Virus record (IMG/VR): IMGVR_UViG_3300026035_000001
Coordinates: 1,634 to 65,633 of that record
Origin: a virus
Lineage: Duplodnaviria; Caudoviricetes
Strand: one strand, 5' to 3'
Length of the DNA: 64,000 nt
Under the pieces are notes generated by a model. It searched no databases. It was not told where the DNA came from and worked only from the letters and a program-made list of their open reading frames with translations. Shown piece by piece: positions 12,488 through 21,233 of the stretch. How positions within the stretch are numbered: position 1 is the stretch's first letter; every line of letters starts with the position of its first letter. Both the position numbers and the translations under genes were made by a program.

Positions 12488-13360
12488 ATGACGAAGGAAA
12501 AGAGCGCGGAGGCGCCGCGCCGCGGCCGGCCACCGATGACGGAAGAACAGAAGGCGGCAAAGGCAGCTGCGAAGGCCGCGGCCGGTGGCGCGACGGCGCC
12601 AAAGCCCCCGAAGGCTGACAAGAAGGCCAAGGACAAGACGCCACCTCCGATCGAGCAGCGGTTCAATTCCCCGGTCGATGAGGAAAGCCGCGCGTTGTTC
12701 CTGCAGACACTGCCGAAGATCGCCGATCTCAAGGCCAAGTTGAACACGGCAAACGCCAATCTCCGCAATGCCTACAAGACGGCCAAGAAGGACGGTTTTC
12801 TCAAGAACGACTTCGAAATCGCTTTCCAGCTGCAGCAGGCCGAGGGTGAGAAGGCCCGCAAGGCGGCGATTGCCCGCGATCTCACCATCGCGAAATGGAT
12901 GGGCTGCGATCTCGGCGCCCAGCTGGATATGTTCGTCCAGGATGAGCGGGTTCCGGCGGTCGACCGCGCCTATGACGAGGGCGTGACATGCAGCATGCAG
13001 GGCGAGGCGGCCAAGCCGGGCTATGATCCCGGCACCGAGCAGTATCGCGCCTTCATGAAGGGTTTCCACGACGACCAGGAGAAGCGGATCAAGGGTGGCA
13101 TCAAGAAGCTGGAGCCAGAAACTCCGGAGGCTGCGATTGCCGCGGACGAAGCGCAGAAGGCGGCCGAGCGCGCCAAGATCGAAGCGCAGAAGGCCGAGGA
13201 TGCCGCGGAGTTCGAGGGCGGCGACGTCGAAAGCGTCACGGTGAGCGAGCCAACCTCTGGCACGCCGATGACGCGCTCTCAGTTCGCTGCTCGCCAGCGT
13301 GAGTTGGCCGTGGCTGATGAAGCGCCAAGCGGCGGCAGCGGCATTTTCCAGAAGCATTAA
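12488..13360 (+). CDS. GapR(DUF2312)-like / RMF-like fusion with AT-hook N-terminus
   Basis: PRRGRPP; IADLKAKL...LRNAYKTAKKDGF (GapR-like); DRAYDEG...GYDPGTEQYRAFMKGFHD (RMF-like). Confidence 0.65.
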   Translation: MTKEKSAEAPRRGRPPMTEEQKAAKAAAKAAAGGATAPKPPKADKKAKDKTPPPIEQRFNSPVDEESRALFLQTLPKIADLKAKLNTANANLRNAYKTAKKDGFLKNDFEIAFQLQQAEGEKARKAAIARDLTIAKWMGCDLGAQLDMFVQDERVPAVDRAYDEGVTCSMQGEAAKPGYDPGTEQYRAFMKGFHDDQEKRIKGGIKKLEPETPEAAIAADEAQKAAERAKIEAQKAEDAAEFEGGDVESVTVSEPTSGTPMTRSQFAARQRELAVADEAPSGGSGIFQKH

Positions 13361-13515
13361 CGGTTACCGAACGGCGGAGGACCAATATCGGTCGGCGGGA
13401 GGATCGGTGCCGAAAGCTAATCTGGGGCGCTTGTTCGGTTTCTTGGTGGACCCTGCAAGGTTAGCAACTCCCGCACACTTCTTCTGGAGCCATAGGGGCT
13501 CGAAAGGAATATCAC

Positions 13516-14043
13516 ATGGGGCTGATTATCGGTTTCGATCCCGGCATCAATGGGAGCGCCGCGGCTCTATGCCCGGCTGATGCCGACGGACCCGAGTTTA
13601 TCGCTGATGCCATCGATCTCCCGACCATGCCCGACGGCTCCAAGCGCCAGATCGATGACTTCGCTCTGGAAAGGTGGCTGCGCCGGCTTGGGAGGGTCTC
13701 CCATGCGGTGATCGAGAACGTGAGGGCGATGCCCTCGATTCCTGATGAGGACGGAGAGCGGCGCTCCATGGGCTCGGCAAGTGCCTTCCGGTTCGGCATG
13801 GCCGCGGGCCAGCTGCGCGCCACGGTGCGCATGGTGTTGCAGATCGAGCCGGAGTTCGTCGAGCCGGCAGTGTGGAAGCGATATTTTGCGCTCAGTTCCG
13901 ACAAAGAGGAGTCGCGTCGCTTGGCGCTGCGCCTGTTCCCGCATTCGGCCTATCTCCTGACCCGGAAAAAGGATCACCAGCGCGCCGAGGCCATGCTGGT
14001 GGCGAAGTGGCGCGCGCGGCCGCTAATTGGGAGGGGCTGGTGA
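13516..14043 (+). CDS. ruvC: RuvC-like Holliday junction resolvase
   Basis: IIGFDPG, VIENV, SAFRFG, PAVWK, DHQRAEAML. Confidence 0.85.
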   Translation: MGLIIGFDPGINGSAAALCPADADGPEFIADAIDLPTMPDGSKRQIDDFALERWLRRLGRVSHAVIENVRAMPSIPDEDGERRSMGSASAFRFGMAAGQLRATVRMVLQIEPEFVEPAVWKRYFALSSDKEESRRLALRLFPHSAYLLTRKKDHQRAEAMLVAKWRARPLIGRGW

Positions 14044-14669
14044 CGCTGCTTGAAGGGCTGCCCTATCGCCATTTCCGCGCGGTGCACGCGGATGTCCCCT
14101 GGCGTTTTGAGGCCTATTCCGAGAAGGGCGAGGAGAAAAGCGCCCAGGCCCATTATGACTGCATGTCGCTGTCCGACATTATGCGCTTACCGGTCGAGGC
14201 GCACACTGCCGACGACTGCCATCTGTTCTTTTGGGTAACCGGGCCGTTCCTGTCGACCGGGCAGCATGTGCCGATCATGCGCGCATGGGGCTTTGAGCCA
14301 ACCGCGATGGCGTTCGTATGGCTGAAGCTGAACGAGCGCTGGCACCCGCAATGGCTCTGCTACATGCAGGACGCAATGTGGTTTTTTGGACAGGGCCACA
14401 CCACCCGGCAGAACGCCGAATATGTGGTCCTCGGCCGCAAGGGCAGCCCGGAGCGGCGTTCGGCCTCGGTGCGCCAGATCATCACCGCGCCGCTGCGGGA
14501 GCATTCCCGCAAGCCGGATGAGACCTTCGCGCGGATCGAGCGCTACTGCGAGGGGCCATACCTCGACCTGTTTGGGCGCGAGCAACGGCCGGGCTGGATA
14601 GTGCGGGGGAACGAGGCCAACAAATTCAACATTTGTCAGCAGCAAAGGAAAGTCGATGGAGATTTGTGA
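14040..14669 (+). CDS. MT-A70 family adenine methyltransferase
   Basis: ADVPW (DPPW variant), HYDCM, LFFWVT, WGF, TRQNAE, HSRKP, LDLFGR; GTGA coupling. Confidence 0.9.
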   Translation: MTLLEGLPYRHFRAVHADVPWRFEAYSEKGEEKSAQAHYDCMSLSDIMRLPVEAHTADDCHLFFWVTGPFLSTGQHVPIMRAWGFEPTAMAFVWLKLNERWHPQWLCYMQDAMWFFGQGHTTRQNAEYVVLGRKGSPERRSASVRQIITAPLREHSRKPDETFARIERYCEGPYLDLFGREQRPGWIVRGNEANKFNICQQQRKVDGDL

Positions 14670-14829
14670 TCGCTGCGGCAAAGAGTGCACCGTCACCTAT
14701 GCCGTTAAAGGTCCGGTCAGGATCGAACTGGTTTGCATCGAATGCAAGCCGAAGAAAAAACCGCGCACCAAGGGAACAACATCACATGATCCCGATTCCA
14801 GCACCAAAATGGGAATCCGTCAGTATTGA
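14656..14829 (+). CDS. 57-aa zinc-finger protein
   Basis: Own translation MEICDRCGKEC...LVCIECKPKKK; AAGGA SD. Confidence 0.55.
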   Translation: MEICDRCGKECTVTYAVKGPVRIELVCIECKPKKKPRTKGTTSHDPDSSTKMGIRQY

Positions 14830-16180
14830 AGCCGAGCAAGGCCTGCTCGGTGCGATCCTGATCAACAATGCAGCCTTCGGCTACGTCAACGGCATCGTCA
14901 GCGAGGAGGATTTCGGGGAACCGATCCACGGCTACCTCTTTCGGATCATGTCCGAATTGGTTGCCGCGGGAAAACTCGTCGATTGGAAAATCCTGATCAG
15001 CATTGTCGAGGATGTCGAGATCACCCCGGGCATGACGACGCGCAAATATCTTGCGCGGCTGGCCGCCGAGGCGACCACGATCATCAATGCTCCGGACTAT
15101 GCGCGCCACATCCACGAGCTCGCCGATCGGCGACGGATTGCCGAGGTTGGCCGCGCCCTGGCACCCAGGGAAGACCTGGACGCGGTGTCGATGGCGGCCG
15201 AGGCAATCGATGCCCTCGATGCCGTGGTCTCACAGCGGGCCACGGCAGGCCGGGCAATCACTATGCGGCGCGCGGTGGCGGAAGCCATCGACGCCACCGC
15301 CAAAGCCTATGCCAACGATGGGCGGCCGATGGGCGTTGCGTTCACGCTGCGCGATCTCGACGCCAAAACCGGCGGAATGAGTCCTGGCGATCTGGTGATC
15401 CTGGGCGGGCGCCCAGGCATGGGCAAGTCGGCCATGATCCTCACGCTGTTACGCCGGCAGGCCGAGATGGGCCGCAGGGTGATGATCTCCTCCCTGGAAA
15501 TGAGCGCTCTTGCCCTGACCCAACGCATGATCTCCGACGTCATTTTCGATCATAGCACTGAAAAGATGCCGTATTTCTATCTGCGAAACGGCAGATTCCA
15601 CGAGCGGATGTTCGATAAGGTGCGGGACGCCGGGGTGCGGTTGGCCGACTTGCCCATCACGATCGACGATCGCGCTGGCGTCACGATGAGTCAGATCGGC
15701 GCGCGCGCGCGGCAGTTGAAGCGGCGGGAGGGCCTCGATCTCCTGGCAATCGATCACCTCGACCTGATCAAGGCCGGCACCCGCTATTCCGGCAACAAGG
15801 TCTATGAGCTCGGCGAGATCACGGCCGCGGCGAAGGCCCTGGCCAAAGAGCTCGAAATCCCAGTGGTTCTGCTCGCGCAGCTGAACCGCGTCGTTGAGAC
15901 CCGGGAGGACAAGCGGCCTACGCTTTCCGATCTCCGCTCCTCGGGCTCGATCGAGCAGGATGCCGACACCGTGATTTTTCTATACCGGCCATCCTATTAC
16001 CTGCAAAACTCGGAACCGGAGCAGGGCACACCGGCGCACGGGGAATGGGAACGAAAGGTGGACGCGGCCCACAACATGCTGCAGGCGATCATCGCAAAGC
16101 AACGCATGGGCCCGGCCGGGACCGTCGAGCTATTCTGCGATATCGGCTCTAATGCGGTGCGCGACATGGATAGGCGCTAG
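14786..16180 (+). CDS. dnaB: DnaB-like replicative helicase
   Basis: EAEQGLLGAIL, GGRPGMGKS, SLEMS, IDHLDLI, LAQLNR, RPTLSDLRSSGSIEQDAD, IIAKQRMG. Confidence 0.95.
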   Translation: MIPIPAPKWESVSIEAEQGLLGAILINNAAFGYVNGIVSEEDFGEPIHGYLFRIMSELVAAGKLVDWKILISIVEDVEITPGMTTRKYLARLAAEATTIINAPDYARHIHELADRRRIAEVGRALAPREDLDAVSMAAEAIDALDAVVSQRATAGRAITMRRAVAEAIDATAKAYANDGRPMGVAFTLRDLDAKTGGMSPGDLVILGGRPGMGKSAMILTLLRRQAEMGRRVMISSLEMSALALTQRMISDVIFDHSTEKMPYFYLRNGRFHERMFDKVRDAGVRLADLPITIDDRAGVTMSQIGARARQLKRREGLDLLAIDHLDLIKAGTRYSGNKVYELGEITAAAKALAKELEIPVVLLAQLNRVVETREDKRPTLSDLRSSGSIEQDADTVIFLYRPSYYLQNSEPEQGTPAHGEWERKVDAAHNMLQAIIAKQRMGPAGTVELFCDIGSNAVRDMDRR

Positions 16181-16222
16181 GGCTAGTGTCTTGCGAGTCA
16201 ATGTGACGAAGGCGTAAAAGAA

Positions 16223-16252
16223 AGGGCGGCCCCCCGGCAAGGGAGCCGCCCT
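16223..16252. terminator. GC hairpin flanked by A tracts (possible terminator)
   Basis: AGGGCGGC/GCCGCCCT stem preceded by AAAAGAA. Confidence 0.4.
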
Positions 16253-16377
16253 AAAATTCGGAACCGGTGCGAACGGAAACCGAGCCATCGAGTGGACGCA
16301 TCTCGTTTATAGCAGCGAGAAGCAGTTTTTCAAGGGCTCCGTTCTCATTTGGTTCTTCACATTTGGAAGGACTGGAA

Positions 16378-17319
16378 ATGAGTCATCAAGCCGTTGCGTG
16401 GGCCATGGAAATCCGGGTAGGGGACCCGACCTTGAAAAGCCTGCTGATCGCGATTGCGCACCGCGCCGATCGCCTGACATGGGCCTGCTGGCCTTCCCTG
16501 GACTGTCTCGCCTATGACACCGAGGTGTCGCGCCGCACGATCCAGCGCCGGCTCGATGAATTGGTGGAGCGCGGCCTGATTCGCATCGATCGGCGCCGCC
16601 GACCGGACGGCACCCAAGACAATTCATTGATCACGATCACCGGTGGACAAATTGTCACCCTGTCACCGCCGGTGGACAAAAGCGGCCTCACCGGTGGACA
16701 AAAACAGGGGTCACCGGTGGACACTGCTGACCACCATAATAAACAGGAAGAACAGGAAGAACAGGAATCTAGTCCTCCTGCGAAGCCGCAGGAGCGTAAG
16801 CGCAAAGCCAAGGGTGGAATCGAATACACAGAACAGTTCGAGAACGAGGTGTGGGGACCATATCCGCGCAAAGAGGGAACTTCGAAAAAGAAGGCGTTCG
16901 AGAAGTTCCGGTGGTTGGCGGAGGAGGATCAGGCCTTGGTGATCAAAACCATCCCGATCTACGCCAAGCAGAAGGCTGGTAAGGACCCGGAATTTATCAA
17001 GCACTTGCAGTTTTTCCTCAGTGAGAGGATTTTCGATACGATCGGGATTTCGAAACTGGTCGCGGGCGCCGAGCCACAGAGCTATCAGCAATTCAATCAT
17101 CGCCAGTGGGAAAAAGTTCTCGCTAAGTGGCGGGATGATCACGTTTGGCGGGATATGTGGGGTCCGGCGCCATGGTTGCCGACGACGCGAGTCCCAGTCG
17201 AATTGCTGTGGCCGCACGAATTGAGTAAACCGGCAGTTGACAGCACCGCCCCGCCGTGCAATAAGAACGGCACTGGAGAGCCACAGGGGCTCGCCACTTC
17301 AACCAGGAGCATCTCATGA
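16378..17319 (+). CDS. replication initiator (lambda O-like, N-terminal wHTH)
   Basis: MSHQAVAWA...KSLLIAIAHRAD...CWPSLDCLA...SRRTIQRRLDEL; C-terminal WGPYPRKEG; internal iterons. Confidence 0.85.
   Translation: MSHQAVAWAMEIRVGDPTLKSLLIAIAHRADRLTWACWPSLDCLAYDTEVSRRTIQRRLDELVERGLIRIDRRRRPDGTQDNSLITITGGQIVTLSPPVDKSGLTGGQKQGSPVDTADHHNKQEEQEEQESSPPAKPQERKRKAKGGIEYTEQFENEVWGPYPRKEGTSKKKAFEKFRWLAEEDQALVIKTIPIYAKQKAGKDPEFIKHLQFFLSERIFDTIGISKLVAGAEPQSYQQFNHRQWEKVLAKWRDDHVWRDMWGPAPWLPTTRVPVELLWPHELSKPAVDSTAPPCNKNGTGEPQGLATSTRSIS
16637..16770 (+). repeat. putative origin: 4 iterons plus purine-rich repeats
   Basis: CCGGTGGACA at 16640, 16669, 16691, 16714, then ATAATAAA and (CAGGAAGAA)x2 CAGGAA. Confidence 0.75.
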
Positions 17320-18401
17320 AATCAGGTCGCACCCTTACCGAGCTCGCCCAGGAAATCGAACGCCGCGCCGCTGCGAAGTCTGATCTGGTCGCCAACACCA
17401 AGAACATGGGTTTCACCGCCCAGGCCGAGCTCTGTGTGGGCCACGACAAGTCTTTCCAGGTGAACGATATCGCTCACGCGCAGATCGGCTCTCACCTCGA
17501 AATACCGAAGGTCTATTACGACCGCATGCTGGCCCAGGACCCCGGCTTGCTCGCCAACAACGTGAACGCATGGTTCCAGAAGAATCCGGCGCCGCGCATG
17601 GTGCGCACCCTGGACGGCAAGGCCCGCGCCTTCCTATCGGACAAGTTCTCGCCCGACATGGAGAACGAAGACCTCGCCGAAGCCGTCCTGCCGGTCCTGC
17701 TCGACATGAATCTCGCGATCATGTCCTGCGAGATCACCGATCGTCGGCTCTACATCAAGGCCGTCGACAAGAAGGTCGAGCGCGAGCTCGCCAAGACCGG
17801 CGCGCGGTTCGGTGACGGTGGCCACACCATCGTGCGGGTGACGTCGCCCTCGATCACCATTTCCAACAGCGAAGTTGGGATGGGCGCGCTTTCGATCCAG
17901 GGCGGGGTTTACGACAGCTTCTGCTCCAATCTGGCCTCGTTCGGTGAGCGCTCGATGCGCCGCGCCCACCTCGGACAGAAGCAGAACATCGCCGAGGGCG
18001 AGCTCTACGCGATGCTCTCGGACAAGTCCAAGAAGCTGAACAACGCCGCGCTGTGGAGCACGGTTCGCGATGTGGTCAAGGCGGTGTTCGACCGCGCCAA
18101 GTTCGATGCCCTGGTCGACAAGATCGAGGGCACCGTGGCCGACAAGATCGTTGCCGACGACATCGTGAAGGTGGTCAACCTGTCAGCCAAGAAACTGGGT
18201 CTCAACGAGACCGAAGGAAAGGGCGTTCTGCGGCATCTGATCGAGGGCGGAGACCTGTCGAGGTTCGGCATGTATAACGCCATCACCCGGTACTCGCAGG
18301 AAGTTCCGGATTACGATCGCGCCACCGAGTTGGAGCGGGTTGGGGCTCAGATCATCGAGCTCCCGAAGGCCGACTGGAAGGTGCTCGCCGAGGCCGCGTA
18401 A
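17316..18401 (+). CDS. DUF932-family protein
   Basis: MKSGRTLTELAQEI...RMVRTLDGKARAFLSDK...ISNSEVGMG...CSNLA...SRFGMYNAITR. Confidence 0.75.
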   Translation: MKSGRTLTELAQEIERRAAAKSDLVANTKNMGFTAQAELCVGHDKSFQVNDIAHAQIGSHLEIPKVYYDRMLAQDPGLLANNVNAWFQKNPAPRMVRTLDGKARAFLSDKFSPDMENEDLAEAVLPVLLDMNLAIMSCEITDRRLYIKAVDKKVERELAKTGARFGDGGHTIVRVTSPSITISNSEVGMGALSIQGGVYDSFCSNLASFGERSMRRAHLGQKQNIAEGELYAMLSDKSKKLNNAALWSTVRDVVKAVFDRAKFDALVDKIEGTVADKIVADDIVKVVNLSAKKLGLNETEGKGVLRHLIEGGDLSRFGMYNAITRYSQEVPDYDRATELERVGAQIIELPKADWKVLAEAA

Positions 18402-18411
18402 GACGGCACAA

Positions 18412-18459
18412 TGCGGAGGGGCCTCCTCAGCCCCCAGCCCCCAGATGGGCCCCTCCGCA
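18412..18459 (+). terminator. 12-bp hairpin after DUF932 (terminator or processing site)
   Basis: TGCGGAGGGGCC/GGCCCCTCCGCA with a loop containing (CAGCCCC)x2. Confidence 0.45.
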
Positions 18460-18592
18460 ACTTCCTGGATATCGACGGGCGGATTAGCATAAAAGTCCTG
18501 CGGACAAGCGTCTTAGGGCATGTTGCGAGAATGGTTGCATAGCGCGCGGCGGGTCGGCAGCATCCCGCTTAATCCGTCCTTCGATATCCACG

Positions 18593-18690
18593 AGAGCATC
18601 CCGAGGTGGGCACCTAATCCGGCCCGGGAGTAGCGGCCCAGCCGGCGGTCAGAACCGCTATCCAGACCGGGGCCCACCGCGGAATGCTCT
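18593..18690. ncRNA. multibranched RNA on a 19-bp stalk upstream of the MTase gene
   Basis: 18593-18611 pairs with 18672-18690 (17 of 19 positions), enclosing hairpins CCGGC/GCCGG and GCGGT-CAGA-ACCGC. Confidence 0.45.
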
Positions 18691-18712
18691 TTCCCCAAAA
18701 ATAGGACGCATC

Positions 18713-19489
18713 ATGCCTCTCCAGATCGACCAGGAAACCTTGGCTATCCTTTCTGAATGCACGCTCGCGCCGGCCTGCGTAGTGATGCCGCCGCGGCAAC
18801 TCGACCGCAAGCTTTACGAAAAGGTCGACAAGGTATTGCGCGCTGCTGGCGGCAAGTGGAACAAAAAGACCAGATCGCACCATTTCGAGGAGGACGCCAC
18901 CGAGATCATCGATCAAGCGATCCTGACCGGCACGATCGGCAACGCCAAGCAAGAGCTCGGCATTTTCTACACCCCGCCGGCCCTGGCCAAGCGCGCCGCG
19001 CAACACCTTAAGCTCGATCACAGCGGGATGTCGATCCTGGAGCCGAGCGCCGGCATGGGCGCTCTCGCTATCGCCGCGCGCGATGAGGCGCAGGCCGACG
19101 ATGAGCGCTGCAGCTGGGCCAATATCGCCTGTTTCGATATCGTGCAGCGTCACGTTGCGGCGCTCCAAGAACTCGGTTTTGCCGCTACATGCGCCGACTT
19201 TATGAAAGTCGAGGCAGAACCAGGATTTGACCGAATCATCATGAATCCGCCGTTCGCCAAGCAGCAGGATGCGGCACATTTCCTCCATGCATGGGGTTTC
19301 TTGAAGCCCGGCGGGAGGATCGTGGCGATCATGTCTGCCGCGGTGATGTTCCGCCAAACACCGCTCTATCAGCATGTACGGCAGATGATCGAGGGCTGCG
19401 GCGAGATAGTCCCTCTGCCGGCCGGATCATTCAAGGAATCCGGCACCGGGGTGAACGCGGTCCTCGTGATTTACGACAAGCCGCTGTAA
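18713..19489 (+). CDS. N6-adenine DNA methyltransferase
   Basis: FYTPPALA, ILEPSAGMG, DRIIMNPPF, LPAGSFKESGTGV. Confidence 0.92.
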   Translation: MPLQIDQETLAILSECTLAPACVVMPPRQLDRKLYEKVDKVLRAAGGKWNKKTRSHHFEEDATEIIDQAILTGTIGNAKQELGIFYTPPALAKRAAQHLKLDHSGMSILEPSAGMGALAIAARDEAQADDERCSWANIACFDIVQRHVAALQELGFAATCADFMKVEAEPGFDRIIMNPPFAKQQDAAHFLHAWGFLKPGGRIVAIMSAAVMFRQTPLYQHVRQMIEGCGEIVPLPAGSFKESGTGVNAVLVIYDKPL

Positions 19490-19491
19490 AC

Positions 19492-19526
19492 TAGCAGTTG
19501 ACCATAGCTGCTATTTCTGGCAATGT
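19492..19526 (+). promoter_or_regulatory. promoter of accessory operon with operator-like inverted repeat
   Basis: TTGACC(19498)-N17-CAATGT; TAGCAG/CTGCTA inverted repeat flanks the -35 box. Confidence 0.55.
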
Positions 19527-19561
19527 TCCGGTCGAGCCATTGGGGCTCTGGAGCCAGCATC

Positions 19562-20482
19562 ATGAACACCGATTTTTTCCCCGCTGACGCGCTCGACGAA
19601 GCGATCACCAATGCCAGCGAAGTCCGGGCCACCGCTGCGCGCGCGCCGGCCGGCTATACCCCAATGAATTGGGAGCCATGCACCCGCTGCCGGGGCACTG
19701 GCCAGACCCGATGGGGAATTTGCTTCAAGTGCAAGGGTGCACGCGGTCAGAACTTCAAGACCAGCGCTGCCGAGCGTGCCGCGAATCGCCAGCAGGCCGC
19801 CCAGCGCACCGAGCGCAAGGCTGATGCGGCGTGGGCCGCTTTTGCTGCGCAGCATGCGGACGTCGCGGCGTGGATCGAGGCCAAGAAGGCGACCTTTGAA
19901 TTTGCCGCCAAGATGTATGACGCCGTGGCGCGCTTCGGCGACATCACCACCGGCCAGCGCGAGGCCTGCCTGCGTTGTCTGGAAAAGGACCGGGCTCGGC
20001 AGGCCCAGGCAGCCGAGCGCGCACAGGCGGCGCCGCAGGCTGATGCAGCCGGGATCAATCGGCTGAAGGCTTCGTTCGATCGCGCCAAGGCACATGCAGC
20101 CAAGAATGGCCTTTCGATGCGCACGCCGAAGATCACGATCGGCGGCATCACGATCTCCCCGGCCAAGGCCGACGGCAAAAACCCTGGTGCGCTTTATGTC
20201 AAGGGTGGCTCGACCTACCTTGGCAAAATCCAGAATGGGCGGCTATTCGCCTCGCGTGAGTGCTCCACTGAGCAGGAAAAGCAGGTTTTGGCTTTCATCG
20301 CTGATCCGGCCGAGGCCGCGAAGGTTTACGGCCAGACCACTGGCATTTGCTGCGTCTGCAATGCGACGTTGAGGTCAAAGTGGAAGAACGCCGGTATCGG
20401 CCCGGTATGCGCCGAGAAAATGGGGTGGGCGCCTCTGGCCCGCGATGTCGGTGGCCTGCCCTCTGATCGCAAGGAGGGCTGA
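19562..20482 (+). CDS. zinc-finger / DUF6011-type protein
   Basis: CTRCRGTG..CFKCKG N-terminus; C-terminal YGQTTGICCVCNATL...GIGPVCAEK. Confidence 0.8.
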   Translation: MNTDFFPADALDEAITNASEVRATAARAPAGYTPMNWEPCTRCRGTGQTRWGICFKCKGARGQNFKTSAAERAANRQQAAQRTERKADAAWAAFAAQHADVAAWIEAKKATFEFAAKMYDAVARFGDITTGQREACLRCLEKDRARQAQAAERAQAAPQADAAGINRLKASFDRAKAHAAKNGLSMRTPKITIGGITISPAKADGKNPGALYVKGGSTYLGKIQNGRLFASRECSTEQEKQVLAFIADPAEAAKVYGQTTGICCVCNATLRSKWKNAGIGPVCAEKMGWAPLARDVGGLPSDRKEG

Positions 20483-20485
20483 TCG

Positions 20486-20743
20486 ATGTTCAACCCCAAA
20501 CTCCTCATCACCGCGCGCGGCGAGATCGACCGCGCCTATCTGGTCGCTATAGCCAGCGCTCGCGCGCAAGTGAAGTTTGACGGACCCAACCCGCCGGCCG
20601 CCTATGTGCGGCCGGAAATCCTCAACCTGGAGACAATCGCCTATTTCGAGCGCCGCGACTGGCGCCGCGCGCGCGGCCTGCGCGACGACACCGATTACAT
20701 CGGCGGGTTCACCGTGATCGAGCCGGACAGGAGATTCGCATGA
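20486..20743 (+). CDS. hypothetical protein
   Basis: 85 aa, GGAGG SD. Confidence 0.7.
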   Translation: MFNPKLLITARGEIDRAYLVAIASARAQVKFDGPNPPAAYVRPEILNLETIAYFERRDWRRARGLRDDTDYIGGFTVIEPDRRFA

Positions 20744-20967
20744 CGGAACTGGAGGGATGCACGGTTACGTCGCGCCATAGCTTTGGCGGCGATGATGACG
20801 GCCATCCGGTCAAGATGGTCACCTATGTGGACGGAGGAGTGCTGCTGAAGGGACAGAATGGCGAAATGGTGCTGCTGTCCCCGTTGCAGCTGAAGTTGAT
20901 GGCGACGGTCTTGGGATGGACCGTTGCCGCGCCGGTGGCGCCGCGTCCGGTCAGGAGCGAGCGATGA
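20740..20967 (+). CDS. hypothetical protein
   Basis: 75 aa, coupled. Confidence 0.65.
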   Translation: MTELEGCTVTSRHSFGGDDDGHPVKMVTYVDGGVLLKGQNGEMVLLSPLQLKLMATVLGWTVAAPVAPRPVRSER

Positions 20968-21233
20968 ACGGCGCGGAGCTCAAGCGGCTGCGGCTCGCCA
21001 TGCGGCTCGATGAGCTCCAGGTCGGCCGCGCCATCGGCTACACGGGCACCGATCGCAACGTCATCAACCGGATTCGCGAGTTCGAGCGGGACAAAAAACA
21101 GGTCCCGCTCTATATCGCCCGGCTGGTCTGGCTGATGGGTCGGTTTTTTGCCAAGACCGGTGGTTTGCCGAAGTTCCCGGCATGGCCCGGCTATGAGTTC
21201 GAGAGCATTCCAGATCAGCAAGGTGAAGCATGA
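20964..21233 (+). CDS. XRE-like HTH regulator
   Basis: MNGAELKRLRLAMRL...VGRAIGY...IREFE...VP. Confidence 0.75.
   Translation: MNGAELKRLRLAMRLDELQVGRAIGYTGTDRNVINRIREFERDKKQVPLYIARLVWLMGRFFAKTGGLPKFPAWPGYEFESIPDQQGEA

Noticed and set aside
16637-16723. CRISPR array
   Set aside because: Repeats are 10-13 bp, in frame inside the initiator gene, with 12-19 bp spacers; this is an iteron pattern and there are no cas genes.
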